Origin: a virus
Lineage: Duplodnaviria > Heunggongvirae > Uroviricota > Caudoviricetes
IMG/VR virus record: IMGVR_UViG_2778261381_000005
Direction: 5' to 3' (one strand)
Length of the DNA: 61,778 nucleotides
Positions 43,322 through 52,803 of this stretch are shown here, one piece after another (position 1 is the first letter of the stretch; each line of letters opens with the position of its first letter). The translations under genes were made by a program, and so were the position numbers. A model generated the notes under the pieces. It had not been told where the DNA came from and did no database searches. It saw only the letters and a list, made by a program, of their open reading frames with translations.

Positions 43322-43609
43322 ATGCTCATGACTGATTTCACCATTACCCCTAAAGCACAAAATGTATTTCTTGAATCATGGCTGGACTTGCCGGAAACAG
43401 AACAGCAAGAAATGGATCATGTGGATTATGACGAGCAGGTAAGCACGCGATTCTTCCACTTTGAGGGATGCGTTTACGACATTGCCGACTTCATGCGAGA
43501 TGACCGCTTCCCTGAATGGCACGCAAGCTATCCACTAAACGCCTTTGCCATGCTGATGATCCGTGTGGATGATTCAGGGGATACCATCGACATCGGTCTG
43601 CTCCACTAA
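43322..43609 (+). CDS. hypothetical acidic protein
   Basis: RBS gagga; motif 1 at 43290-43310. Confidence 0.5.
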   Translation: MLMTDFTITPKAQNVFLESWLDLPETEQQEMDHVDYDEQVSTRFFHFEGCVYDIADFMRDDRFPEWHASYPLNAFAMLMIRVDDSGDTIDIGLLH

Positions 43610-43612
43610 AGA

Positions 43613-43640
43613 TTAAGGCCACCAATGCTGGTGGCCTTAA
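43613..43640 (+). terminator. terminator hairpin, copy 2
   Basis: TTAAGGCCACCA atgc TGGTGGCCTTAA. Confidence 0.5.
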
Positions 43641-43813
43641 ATGACCATCCTGTTTCCCGCAGGCTAAAAACACCAACCTCTTACCTCCAGGCAACCGACA
43701 AACCCACCTGTTCCCGTCCGGCTACCGCAACTTTCCACTTTGACGCCTTATTCGTACAACGATAATTAACACCAACAAGAAAACAATTTGTTATTTACGA
43801 TAAGGAATTAATC

Positions 43814-44296
43814 ATGAATTTTATCGCTACTGTAAACGCACCCGCACATGGCAATATCGCTGTAACGTTCTCTGACATTGAAAAACGAGTACTTGGTGCA
43901 TGGCGCGACAATGAGACGGTAGAACTGTCAGCACAAGAAAAATGCATTATTGCACGCGACATCATTGGCAATCGTCGTTACTCGCGGGTATTTGAGAAAG
44001 CATATGTGGTAAATTCTGGATTCGGAACGTTCGTCTTTCCGGTGCGCTCCGGGCGATTCTGCCAGTCCAAGCTGATTGAGTTCGCTACGCAGATTTCTGT
44101 CTGGATTAAAACTCAATCGTCGTTCAAATTTTCCGACGATGAAGCAGTATCGCAGGGGATGCGGATCGCCAACAATGCGATTAAATGCAAAAACATTACG
44201 TATACCGCTGGCGTTGATACATGGAAACTGTTTTGCGCTAACTTTATGCTGAATGTATACGCAAGCAACCGCATCCACATCCTTGATGGCGTGTAA
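43814..44296 (+). CDS. hypothetical protein
   Basis: RBS aagga; motif 1 at 43785-43806. Confidence 0.55.
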   Translation: MNFIATVNAPAHGNIAVTFSDIEKRVLGAWRDNETVELSAQEKCIIARDIIGNRRYSRVFEKAYVVNSGFGTFVFPVRSGRFCQSKLIEFATQISVWIKTQSSFKFSDDEAVSQGMRIANNAIKCKNITYTAGVDTWKLFCANFMLNVYASNRIHILDGV

Positions 44297-44837
44297 CTGA
44301 GAAGAGGGCCAGAAACGGCCCTTTCTCTATAGCCACCAGCTGCCGCAGGGAAATTTTCAGAAACGGCGAGGAACGTATTCATGAGCCGACGGGAAACGGC
44401 CAGGATTTTTTCGGGAAACGGCTGCATTCGCCTTTATGTAGAAAAAAACATCGGGAAGCTGGTGGAATCCAACCAGCGGTTGTCGGACAGGCGAGCGGGG
44501 AAAATTATGATGACTTTCGTCGCCTGAGACATCCAGATTTCTTTCGTAGCATAATCACATACGTGATTAAGTGGTGTGATTATGTGAAAAATCACGCGCA
44601 CATAATACGCGAGCGGATACGGAACAAAACAAAATGCCGATCCGCGCCGACAAATAAACGCGGATCACATAGCAAGACTAAAAGCCAATGATTAACCATA
44701 CGCTATAGCGCAATATAACGCGTTTTAAGCGCGTTAATGTGTTAAGTAATGGGTATGTACTGGTAAGGATATAAAAGCGCGTTTATGGCGTTATTTTGGC
44801 GCTTATTTTTATGTTGTTGGAGTGAGTTAAAGACAAT

Positions 44838-44912
44838 AAAAAACGCGCCATCAATGGCGCGTTATTGTGGAAGTATTGGAAACGAAAAAAGCGCCCATAG
44901 TGGGCGCTCGAT
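44838..44912 (-). terminator. tandem minus-strand terminators
   Basis: AACGCGCCA tcaa TGGCGCGTT and AGCGCCCA tagt GGGCGCT, each followed by T-run on the minus strand. Confidence 0.55.
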
Positions 44913-44913
44913 T

Positions 44914-45144
44914 TTATTTGTGTAAACTGATTTTAAATCCCATTTCTACAAACGCTTTTAACATTAAAAATATATCAGCGTCGTTCACGTCTGCTTTTTT
45001 TCGCTCCTGGTCGCTCAATAAATCAATTTTACGCGTTGTTTCATCGATAAACTCGACTGCGCGCCCAGCGTAACCAGCGATCCCAGCGATGCGATTAACA
45101 TAATATTCGTTATGGACGTTAACGCCAGCGATAAGAACAAACAT
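44914..45144 (-). CDS. hypothetical protein
   Basis: Strong RBS aaggag; last gene of three-gene minus-strand operon. Confidence 0.5.
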   Translation of the reverse strand: MFVLIAGVNVHNEYYVNRIAGIAGYAGRAVEFIDETTRKIDLLSDQERKKADVNDADIFLMLKAFVEMGFKISLHK

Positions 45145-45164
45145 GATTAAGCTCCTTAAAAAAA

Positions 45165-45368
45165 TTAAATAGAATTTTGAAGTTTTCCGATTAATGCGCT
45201 TAAACGTAAGTATTCACGTTTGCGCTTGCAATCTCGCTTGCTGTTAAGCAAATCAGAAAACGTAAAATTTAATTGGTCGCGTTGCGCGATTAAATCATCG
45301 ATTAATTCTAGTTTATAAGCGCGATACTTTGCGCGATATTCCGCGCGGATCTTGTCATAGCTGACCAT
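45165..45368 (-). CDS. hypothetical basic protein
   Basis: RBS aaggag after intercistronic hairpin AGCGCCCACTATGGGCGCT. Confidence 0.45.
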   Translation of the reverse strand: MVSYDKIRAEYRAKYRAYKLELIDDLIAQRDQLNFTFSDLLNSKRDCKRKREYLRLSALIGKLQNSI

Positions 45369-45416
45369 TTTCAAAGCTCCTTTAAAGCGCCCATAGTGGG
45401 CGCTTGATTCCATTAA

Positions 45417-46067
45417 TTACGCTTTGAAAGCATCAGCTAAATAATTGTAGAAATCATTTTTAATGAAGCGATATTGCTGAGTACCAGCTTTCGCGCTCCC
45501 AGCTCCTTTGACTTTTTCAACAAGTCCAAGACGTTCGCAAAGATTGATCAACTGGTTGGCTTGAGTATAACCAGCGTCCAATTTAATTTCACACGCTTTT
45601 TTAGCTTCATTCATTAAATCGAAAACAGCGCCATTAGTGAACGTGTCGATCTCGTCGTTAATCATATCGATTAAAGCGAATACACGAGATCCAGACATAT
45701 CAGCGATGGAATAAACGCATTTACCAGATTTAATTGATTTAACCAGATAAACCAGTTTTTCCAGAGAATAACTATTAGTCATTGCATCACGGAAAAATAC
45801 TTCTGGCGCTTGTTTGCTTGCTTTAATCGCATAGTAGAAAACAGAGCATAATTTTTCGTCTTCTACTGCGTTTACGACGTTGTTGATGAAGTAAGCAAGT
45901 TTAGTGGTCGCAGCTTGCATATTTGCTTTGTCTGCTTTAGTGTGCGTACCATTTTTATAATGTTCGTTATATGTTTGAGTTGCCAGATCTGCTTTTTCGC
46001 GCAGTTCATCGGATACAATGGAAGCAGCTTCAATGATGGATTTTTTAGAAATGATAATGTTAGCCAT
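45417..46067 (-). CDS. hypothetical protein with highly-expressed-gene codon usage
   Basis: Codons dominated by GCT, GGT, CGT, AAA, GAA, ATC, TTC; AT-rich promoter region upstream. Confidence 0.55.
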   Translation of the reverse strand: MANIIISKKSIIEAASIVSDELREKADLATQTYNEHYKNGTHTKADKANMQAATTKLAYFINNVVNAVEDEKLCSVFYYAIKASKQAPEVFFRDAMTNSYSLEKLVYLVKSIKSGKCVYSIADMSGSRVFALIDMINDEIDTFTNGAVFDLMNEAKKACEIKLDAGYTQANQLINLCERLGLVEKVKGAGSAKAGTQQYRFIKNDFYNYLADAFKA

Positions 46068-46350
46068 GATAATTTTTCCTTATGTAAATTTAAAATTTAT
46101 TGTCGTTAGCGTCTTCGCTTTCGACGAGTTCAATTATCGATATGCGAAAAAAGATTGCAAGTGTTTTTTTTAAATTTTTTGCAGGGATGAAAGTCCTAGA
46201 AATAAAAGCGAGATCGTCGAAGGTGTTCCCTAAATAAATAATTGATTGCGGCTTTAGACCTTATATATATTTAGGTTATTTGATTTGTAGATATAAAGAA
46301 GTGATGTGAAAAATAATAACCGGACTTAGCCGGTTATTAACCTTATAGAT

Positions 46351-46659
46351 TTATTGAACAGACTCTACAGCCTTACGATTGGTGTCAAATAGCGCATCAA
46401 CGAACTGTGCCGATGACTCGCTAGATTCGCAATCCAACATTGCCCGTTCTTCATTTGCCACTTTCTTACACAGTTCCACATTCTCGCCTATCGCTTTTCC
46501 TGCTTTTACGGCTGCCGAAAATTGATACATGCAAACTGATACATTCTGAGACGTTGAGCACACGTCATTCATCAGCGACTGAATGACAGGCTTATAGTCC
46601 ATTGCATTTGCCGCAACTGAGCAAAGTAAAAATAATGGTGGTAACAATATCGATTTCAT
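46351..46659 (-). CDS. hypothetical secreted protein
   Basis: Signal peptide MKSILLPPLFLLCSVAANA; bidirectional hairpin after stop. Confidence 0.5.
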   Translation of the reverse strand: MKSILLPPLFLLCSVAANAMDYKPVIQSLMNDVCSTSQNVSVCMYQFSAAVKAGKAIGENVELCKKVANEERAMLDCESSESSAQFVDALFDTNRKAVESVQ

Positions 46660-46662
46660 AAC

Positions 46663-47187
46663 TCAAAAAGGCAAAATTCGTTCAACCCAATCGAACAAAA
46701 CAACTATTTTTCTACCGTTCTCGACACGTAGTGTAACCTGACAAGCATCTGCGCCTGCTGACACCCCCTCAATTTCACGGCCATCCGCCATGTACACCCT
46801 TATAGATTTGTTTGCTTTGTAGGCTTGGTTGCAAATTGCAAAAAAATCGCGGCGTGATGGCCGATTATCGACATAATCAGGGTGAACTGTTAGTCGACCT
46901 TTGAAATCGTGAGCGATACTGTCAACCACACCTGATTCAATTGTACTAATGCGTTCAAGTGGGAGCCTTATACGATTTTCTTTGTCAAAAGGGGCTGGGC
47001 AAAGGTCAACTTTGTTACGAGATGGCATGAGGCCATAAACGTACATGCAAAACGCCTGGCCATCTTCGAGAGTGACCCTTACAGGAATTTGTTCTCTGCG
47101 CCAGAACATCAGTAGTTTTTCAACGTTAGTGTAATCTCGCGGCCAGAGTTCAGCTTGGATACCGTAGGTAATATCTTTGGTTGTCAT
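46663..47187 (-). CDS. hypothetical protein
   Basis: ATGA overlap with upstream lipoprotein stop; start trimmed from ORF-track 47265. Confidence 0.45.
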   Translation of the reverse strand: MTTKDITYGIQAELWPRDYTNVEKLLMFWRREQIPVRVTLEDGQAFCMYVYGLMPSRNKVDLCPAPFDKENRIRLPLERISTIESGVVDSIAHDFKGRLTVHPDYVDNRPSRRDFFAICNQAYKANKSIRVYMADGREIEGVSAGADACQVTLRVENGRKIVVLFDWVERILPF

Positions 47188-47191
47188 GTCA

Positions 47192-47656
47192 TCACAGAGT
47201 TGTTGGCAGAATGTCGATGTCACCAGAATTGCTGGTAAACACCCTGAACGCTTTTGTGTCTCCATTCTTCAGAGTCGTTTCTCGCTCTTGACGAGCGGGG
47301 TTTAGAGCACATAAACCTGCACCTTCAAGAGATGCACCCACAATTAATTCTCCGGCATTTAAATGGAAAGTCGCTTTTTCGCCTGTAGCCAGTTTTGCGA
47401 CAGTTTCGCCGTTGATGAAAATGGAAGCATCACATCCAGCTCCTACAAAACCTGTGTCTCTCATTACCACCAACGTAGCTGGCGCTGCGCTTTGATACTT
47501 TAACACTTTGGCCTGCGGTGCTGGTTTGGCGTCATGGATTGATATTGGGTGTGATTGGCACGCGGCAAGCATCAACACTGGTAACGTTAGTAGAGGGAGA
47601 AGCGAGTATTTCATGATAGTTTTAGAACAGAAAGTGAACAGTATGGGAGACTTCAT
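47192..47656 (-). CDS. putative lipoprotein
   Basis: RBS agggaga; lipobox-like LAAC after hydrophobic stretch. Confidence 0.45.
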   Translation of the reverse strand: MKSPILFTFCSKTIMKYSLLPLLTLPVLMLAACQSHPISIHDAKPAPQAKVLKYQSAAPATLVVMRDTGFVGAGCDASIFINGETVAKLATGEKATFHLNAGELIVGASLEGAGLCALNPARQERETTLKNGDTKAFRVFTSNSGDIDILPTTL

Positions 47657-47682
47657 CTTTGTCTCCCTAATTGATAGCGTGA

Positions 47683-47961
47683 TTATTTTAATCTGCTTAA
47701 TAGCGTTTCGAGATCTTCCTTTGTCATATTAGAGTTCTCATAGATACGCATGATTTTCTCACGAGTCTTAGCGGAAGCCCCGACAGAAGATATAACCTTG
47801 TCAAAGTCGGCCATTGTCAATTGTTCCAGAATGGTATTTATGACTTCAGCCTTAGACATTTTGATATTTTTTTCTTTTAGTTTCACTTGAAACTTTCCAA
47901 GTTTGTCATTGGCCTTATCAGACAATGCTACCTGACAGTAAGTTGTTTTCTTTTCACTCAT
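47683..47961 (-). CDS. hypothetical protein
   Basis: ORF downstream of helicase gene. Confidence 0.45.
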   Translation of the reverse strand: MSEKKTTYCQVALSDKANDKLGKFQVKLKEKNIKMSKAEVINTILEQLTMADFDKVISSVGASAKTREKIMRIYENSNMTKEDLETLLSRLK

Positions 47962-47963
47962 AA

Positions 47964-49523
47964 CTAATCTCGTTTCAGAACTCCAAAATCGAATGCTCCA
48001 TCAATAGGCAATACACCTTCTGCAAAGCCAGGTGTGGTGTCGATGATGTGTTTTCGCTCATAAGAGTGAGACAACAGGTATTTGTTGCTAATGTCAATGA
48101 AATCGGTGATAAAACACACGTTTGCCTGATTTTTTTTGGCTCGTAAGCCACGACCGACACGCTGTCTCATTTCAACTTCTGCTTTCCCACCACCAGCAAG
48201 AATGACCGCACCAACGCTTGGCACATCAACACCAACATCCAGAATAGTCGAGCCTATTAAAACATCTATTTCACCAGACGCTAAACTATTCAGCTTTGCT
48301 TGCCTTGTCGTCTGGTTAGATTCCCCATAGATGAAATCAACTTTAAGACCTGACTCCTTCATCATCTCCATCAGGATTTGCCCGTGGCGTTTAAGACGAA
48401 CCAGAGTCATGCAGTTGAGTGAATGTTGCTTATAAAGCAATGCCTCGCGCACTATGGCCTCGTTACGTCCCAAATTATACACGATCCCCAACTGATAAGC
48501 CTTTTGGTAGGCGGTGCTCATACCAACTCTAAAATTGAGGTGTTTGTTGGCAAGTTCGGCCTTGATTCTGGCCTCGTCTGGCTTGTAGGCAACTTTATGA
48601 TAAAGGAAGTACGGCTTTGCCAGAATGCCTCGATCAATCAGGTACTTTTCTGTGACTTTAATTTCAATTCGCCCGGCCACCGCCATCAGGCGCATGTTGG
48701 CTTCCGTCGAATCCTTCATGAACGGCGTGGCTGTAAGCGCCAGACGATAGTCTGCGTTCACACATAATCTGGCGATGTCATAGAAATTTGAGCCTGAAGA
48801 CTCATGCGCCTCTTCCAGAATAAGAAGAGAGACACTTGAAAGGAAGCGTTTCACCAACTCCCGACGTTTGAGGTGGTAGCTTTTCTTATCTGGTGTTGCA
48901 TCGCGTGGTGGTTCTTCGAGGAAACTTGCAAGAGTTTGAACTGTAGCGACGTTGATATGTCGTGATACCTGGAACTCACCCGAGCCAATGACTCCAACCT
49001 TTTGGTCTTTTAACCACGGTTCGCCATTTTCGGCGCGGTAGTCGATGGATCTCTGGAAGTTTTCGGCCATTTGAAACATCAGAACAGAGCGGGTTGTTAA
49101 AAATAATGTCATTCGACCGATACGTGCAGCTGCTTTGCAGGCAACGTTAGATTTCCCGCCACCAGTAGCGATCTGCGCAATCATCATTCCCTCTCGAACC
49201 AGTGTTTCCACAGTCTGATCCTGATACGCATAATCAGGATTGTATGGGAATGGGTTAACCGCAGGATTTGGTTTACCAAGCGCCGGGGCTTTGTCTTTGC
49301 GGATATGAACACATTTGATGCCCGCCTTGTTCAAGTTCGCCGCTACAGGCTTGGCAAAGCCAGCAGGGAACGAGTTTTTACTCCAGTTGAACATCGTGCT
49401 TGTGCCCTTCCAGTCGCCAGTCTCGACTTCGTAGCTCAACATTTGCTGCACCAGTTGCTTTACCTTGTCATCTGCGCCAGAAATAAGCGCATTTACTGCG
49501 TTAGATACAATCCGAACAGTCAT
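47964..49523 (-). CDS. superfamily II DNA helicase
   Basis: Motif I ATGGGKS, motif II LEEAHE, motif III TATP, motif VI QRVGRGLR. Confidence 0.75.
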   Translation of the reverse strand: MTVRIVSNAVNALISGADDKVKQLVQQMLSYEVETGDWKGTSTMFNWSKNSFPAGFAKPVAANLNKAGIKCVHIRKDKAPALGKPNPAVNPFPYNPDYAYQDQTVETLVREGMMIAQIATGGGKSNVACKAAARIGRMTLFLTTRSVLMFQMAENFQRSIDYRAENGEPWLKDQKVGVIGSGEFQVSRHINVATVQTLASFLEEPPRDATPDKKSYHLKRRELVKRFLSSVSLLILEEAHESSGSNFYDIARLCVNADYRLALTATPFMKDSTEANMRLMAVAGRIEIKVTEKYLIDRGILAKPYFLYHKVAYKPDEARIKAELANKHLNFRVGMSTAYQKAYQLGIVYNLGRNEAIVREALLYKQHSLNCMTLVRLKRHGQILMEMMKESGLKVDFIYGESNQTTRQAKLNSLASGEIDVLIGSTILDVGVDVPSVGAVILAGGGKAEVEMRQRVGRGLRAKKNQANVCFITDFIDISNKYLLSHSYERKHIIDTTPGFAEGVLPIDGAFDFGVLKRD

Positions 49524-49565
49524 AAACCTCTTTCCTTAGTGCCTTTTGTATGTTATTTGGCTATT

Positions 49566-49591
49566 ATAATAAGTAAGTGATTACTTAGTGG
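49566..49591. promoter_or_regulatory. motif 2 palindrome in divergent region
   Basis: ataataagtaagtgattacttagtgg. Confidence 0.4.
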
Positions 49592-49605
49592 ATTGTAGCA
49601 ATAAA

Positions 49606-50286
49606 ATGGATGTAAAAATCACGATTTTGCAGGTTGATGTTGCCAACCTTCGCCCGAATACCTGGAACACCAATTCGGTTGGTGCGCAGAATTTTGAAAA
49701 ACTGAAAGGTTCTATCGAAAAATTGGGCTTTTTTAAGCCAATTTTGGCTCGTGAACTTGAAGATGGATTTTTTGAAATCCTCGGCGGCGAACATCGCTGG
49801 CGTGCTGCTATTGAGCAAGGAATTTCAACGGTTCCGGTGCTTTCTGTGGGCAAAATTAGCGATGTCGTAGCTAAACAGATGTCACTGGTGGACAACGAGC
49901 GATACGGTGAAGACGACCAAATCGCATTGCAACGCTTCATTGAAGAAATTCAGTCAGAACTTGACTATCAACTGTCTGAAATCGCTCCGTATGACGACGA
50001 AATCTCGATGGTTTTAGCAAAAGAGGCGGCAATCGACCTTGAAGCACTGGAGGCGTTGTCTCGTGGTAGTGATGAGCCTGTCGATACCGACAAACGAGAG
50101 AAAACCGAACGTGTGGGTGCGGAACATCAGACCATGCGCTTCAAAGTAACTTTCGATGCGTCAGATCGTGTTGCAGAAACCATAAAAAACATCATCAAAG
50201 AGCAGGCTATTAACACCGGTAATGAAATGGAGAACGCTGGTGAGGCTCTGGTGTGGCTGGTCGACTACTACAAGGAGCGTATGTAA
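49606..50286 (+). CDS. ParB N-terminal domain protein (ParB/Srx fold)
   Basis: ILGGEHRWRAA box; first gene of four overlapping genes. Confidence 0.55.
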   Translation: MDVKITILQVDVANLRPNTWNTNSVGAQNFEKLKGSIEKLGFFKPILARELEDGFFEILGGEHRWRAAIEQGISTVPVLSVGKISDVVAKQMSLVDNERYGEDDQIALQRFIEEIQSELDYQLSEIAPYDDEISMVLAKEAAIDLEALEALSRGSDEPVDTDKREKTERVGAEHQTMRFKVTFDASDRVAETIKNIIKEQAINTGNEMENAGEALVWLVDYYKERM

Positions 50287-50954
50287 TGACCAAAAAGTTT
50301 GAAATCGTATATCGCGACCCGGCAGATCTTATTCCCTATGAGATGAATGCCAAAAAGCATGATGAACAGCAGATCCGAGATCTAGCCGCAGCCATTAAAA
50401 AGCGCGGATTTGACCAGCCAATTACGGTCGATAAGAACGACGTAATTATTACTGGCCACGGCCGCCGTGAGGCTGCAATTTTTGCTGGACTTGAGCGCGT
50501 ACCGGTTATTGTTCGCGATGATCTCAGTGATGACGAGGTTCGTGCGAAGCGCCTTGAAGATAACCGACTTGCCAGCATTGATTACGATGCAATTAAGCTA
50601 CAGAAAGAGCTTGAGTCGCTTGTTCTGGACGATATCGAGGTTTTCGGCTTTGAAGAGCGTGAGTTGAATGTTCTCGTTGGCAGTATGACAGAAGAAATGG
50701 ACACCGACTCGCTAGTTATCGATCTTGGCGAAGAAACTAAACGACAGAAGGATGAACACACCGAGATCAGTCGTGAAGTTGCAGCGGAAGAAGTACGTGT
50801 TGTCGACGTATTGGGCTTTAAAACGCTCCCTGCTGGCTCTGCCATTGTTGTTGGTGATTTGCTTGCCCATATGGAAGAAATGACGGGAGAAAGCGGGGTA
50901 GACGCATTTGTGGCATATGCGGAGAAGATCTCTTCCGGGGAGATGGCTGCATGA
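50286..50954 (+). CDS. second ParB N-terminal domain protein
   Basis: ITGHGRREAA box; TAATG overlap with previous gene. Confidence 0.55.
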   Translation: MTKKFEIVYRDPADLIPYEMNAKKHDEQQIRDLAAAIKKRGFDQPITVDKNDVIITGHGRREAAIFAGLERVPVIVRDDLSDDEVRAKRLEDNRLASIDYDAIKLQKELESLVLDDIEVFGFEERELNVLVGSMTEEMDTDSLVIDLGEETKRQKDEHTEISREVAAEEVRVVDVLGFKTLPAGSAIVVGDLLAHMEEMTGESGVDAFVAYAEKISSGEMAA

Positions 50955-51616
50955 GCAAATACATCATCAACGTATCGTTTCAGACACGCGTAAATAAAAC
51001 CACGCGCACGTTGGAAATCGCTGAGTCGTTCGGGCTTGGCCTGGACGAAAAAGAGTGGACGCTTTACGACAATCTGGAGCTGGAAGTGAAGCAGGGCGAT
51101 GTGGTGTACATCACCGGCCAATCCGGTTCCGGCAAATCCGTTGTGCTGCGCGAGTTGCAACGACAGATGAAGGATGAAGGGCTGTCTGTAGCCTCCATCG
51201 ATGATTTTACCTTCGATAATGAGGTTAACGTCATCGATCAGTTGGGCAAAACGACCAGTGATGCGCTTGGGTTGTTATCTATGGCTGGTCTGAACGATGC
51301 ATATCTGTTTGTTCGCAAGCCTTCTGAAATGTCAGACGGCCAGAAATATCGTCTCAAGATTGCCAAACTGATTGAGTCAGGCGCTAAAGTATGGGCTGCT
51401 GACGAGTTCGGCGCTGTTCTCGACCGTGTAACCGCTCAGGTTGTGGCGTCTAACCTCCAGCGTGCCGCTCGAAAGGTTGGTGCGACGGTAATGGTGGCGA
51501 CGACTCACGAAGACCTGAAGAACGCGCTGCGCCCTGATATGCAGATCACCAAGCACTACAAAGAACGCGTGAAGGTGGAATATCACAATGGTAGTCATGA
51601 TGAGGTCCATTCATGA
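50951..51616 (+). CDS. small ABC-type ATPase
   Basis: Walker A GQSGSGKS, signature SDGQKYR, Walker B VWAADEF, H-loop TTHEDL; ATGA overlap. Confidence 0.6.
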   Translation: MSKYIINVSFQTRVNKTTRTLEIAESFGLGLDEKEWTLYDNLELEVKQGDVVYITGQSGSGKSVVLRELQRQMKDEGLSVASIDDFTFDNEVNVIDQLGKTTSDALGLLSMAGLNDAYLFVRKPSEMSDGQKYRLKIAKLIESGAKVWAADEFGAVLDRVTAQVVASNLQRAARKVGATVMVATTHEDLKNALRPDMQITKHYKERVKVEYHNGSHDEVHS

Positions 51617-52503
51617 CGGACATCATCATTAAACGCTACCGCCCTGAAGAGTTTCCGCGTCATCTGGACTTTCTGGAGCGAATGACTGTTACAAAGGGAA
51701 CTGTAGAGGACTGGCACGCTCTTAAGTCGCTTCACTACAAAACAGACGGCAAACCTTTCGCGCCAACTTACTATCGCTGCGAACTTGATGACCGTCTGGT
51801 GGGCGTCGTGGTTATGGCTTACCCGAAACTACTGTTGGCACCTCGCCACCGCATGTTTCCTAAGTTGAAACCAACCACTAATACCACCGTGGCTAACCAG
51901 TACTGGGGTCGGTACGTGAATAACAACTTTGCGGTGATCAGTCGCTCAGTTGTGGATACTCAGTATCGTGGCGTAGGCGTCTCTTATAGAATGATTAACC
52001 TGGTTAGCAGGATGCATGACCGGCCAATCATTGAGATCCAGTCCTCGATGAGCAAATACAATCCCTTCGCCATGAAAGCAGGGTTTAAGTTCATCCGCCC
52101 TGAGCGACCGAAGAGCTATGAAAGTGCACTGCGTGTGTTCCAGCGCCATTTCCGCTCCGACCCGGGTGATAACGAGGCGATCGTCAAAGAGTTGTTCGCT
52201 ATGAGCGAGTCTCGTCGTCGCCGTGCGCTGCGCGATTTGGTGGCGGACTACCATAAGAACAGTTCCCTGGCAAAAGCTGGGCGGAATCGTGGCACGACGA
52301 TTCAGGACATTGCCGACAGTCTGGTGGACGAGGCCAGCATTGTGAAGCTGCTCAAGGACATTCACAACCTGAGCTTTACGTCTCCGTTGTATGGTGTGTA
52401 CCGAAACCCTGACTTTGGCCGTCGACTGCCTGACACGCTGCCACTGCTGGCATTCGACAAACAACCTTTGGATAAACCGTTAGAAATTGCTTTACCGGCA
52501 TAA
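51613..52503 (+). CDS. protein with N-terminal GNAT-like acetyltransferase fold
   Basis: QYRGVGVS (motif A-like) and NPFAMKAGFKFI (motif B-like); ATGA overlap. Confidence 0.45.
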   Translation: MTDIIIKRYRPEEFPRHLDFLERMTVTKGTVEDWHALKSLHYKTDGKPFAPTYYRCELDDRLVGVVVMAYPKLLLAPRHRMFPKLKPTTNTTVANQYWGRYVNNNFAVISRSVVDTQYRGVGVSYRMINLVSRMHDRPIIEIQSSMSKYNPFAMKAGFKFIRPERPKSYESALRVFQRHFRSDPGDNEAIVKELFAMSESRRRRALRDLVADYHKNSSLAKAGRNRGTTIQDIADSLVDEASIVKLLKDIHNLSFTSPLYGVYRNPDFGRRLPDTLPLLAFDKQPLDKPLEIALPA

Positions 52504-52512
52504 GGATTTGCC

Positions 52513-52779
52513 ATGACGTTAACCGACAAACAAAAGGACATCATCAAAACGCTCAATCTCGGTTATGAGCGAGGTCATCTACTTGACCTGGACGAATTGC
52601 TTGAAGTTTTGCCGTACAAGACAACCAAGCAAAGTATCCAGTTCTCAATTCGCGCTCTGATAAAAAAGGGGCTGGTGGAGAAAGGGCATACGCGCCAACG
52701 CAGTGACAATCGCTATCACCGCCGGACTCTTGGGTTAACCACTTTAGGTCGAGCCAAAGCGAAGTTACTGGTGATGTAA
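52513..52779 (+). CDS. small DNA-binding protein, winged-helix-like
   Basis: 88 aa, basic C-terminus. Confidence 0.4.
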   Translation: MTLTDKQKDIIKTLNLGYERGHLLDLDELLEVLPYKTTKQSIQFSIRALIKKGLVEKGHTRQRSDNRYHRRTLGLTTLGRAKAKLLVM

Positions 52780-52803
52780 TCGGTCTGGGAGCTTATTTAA
52801 AGA

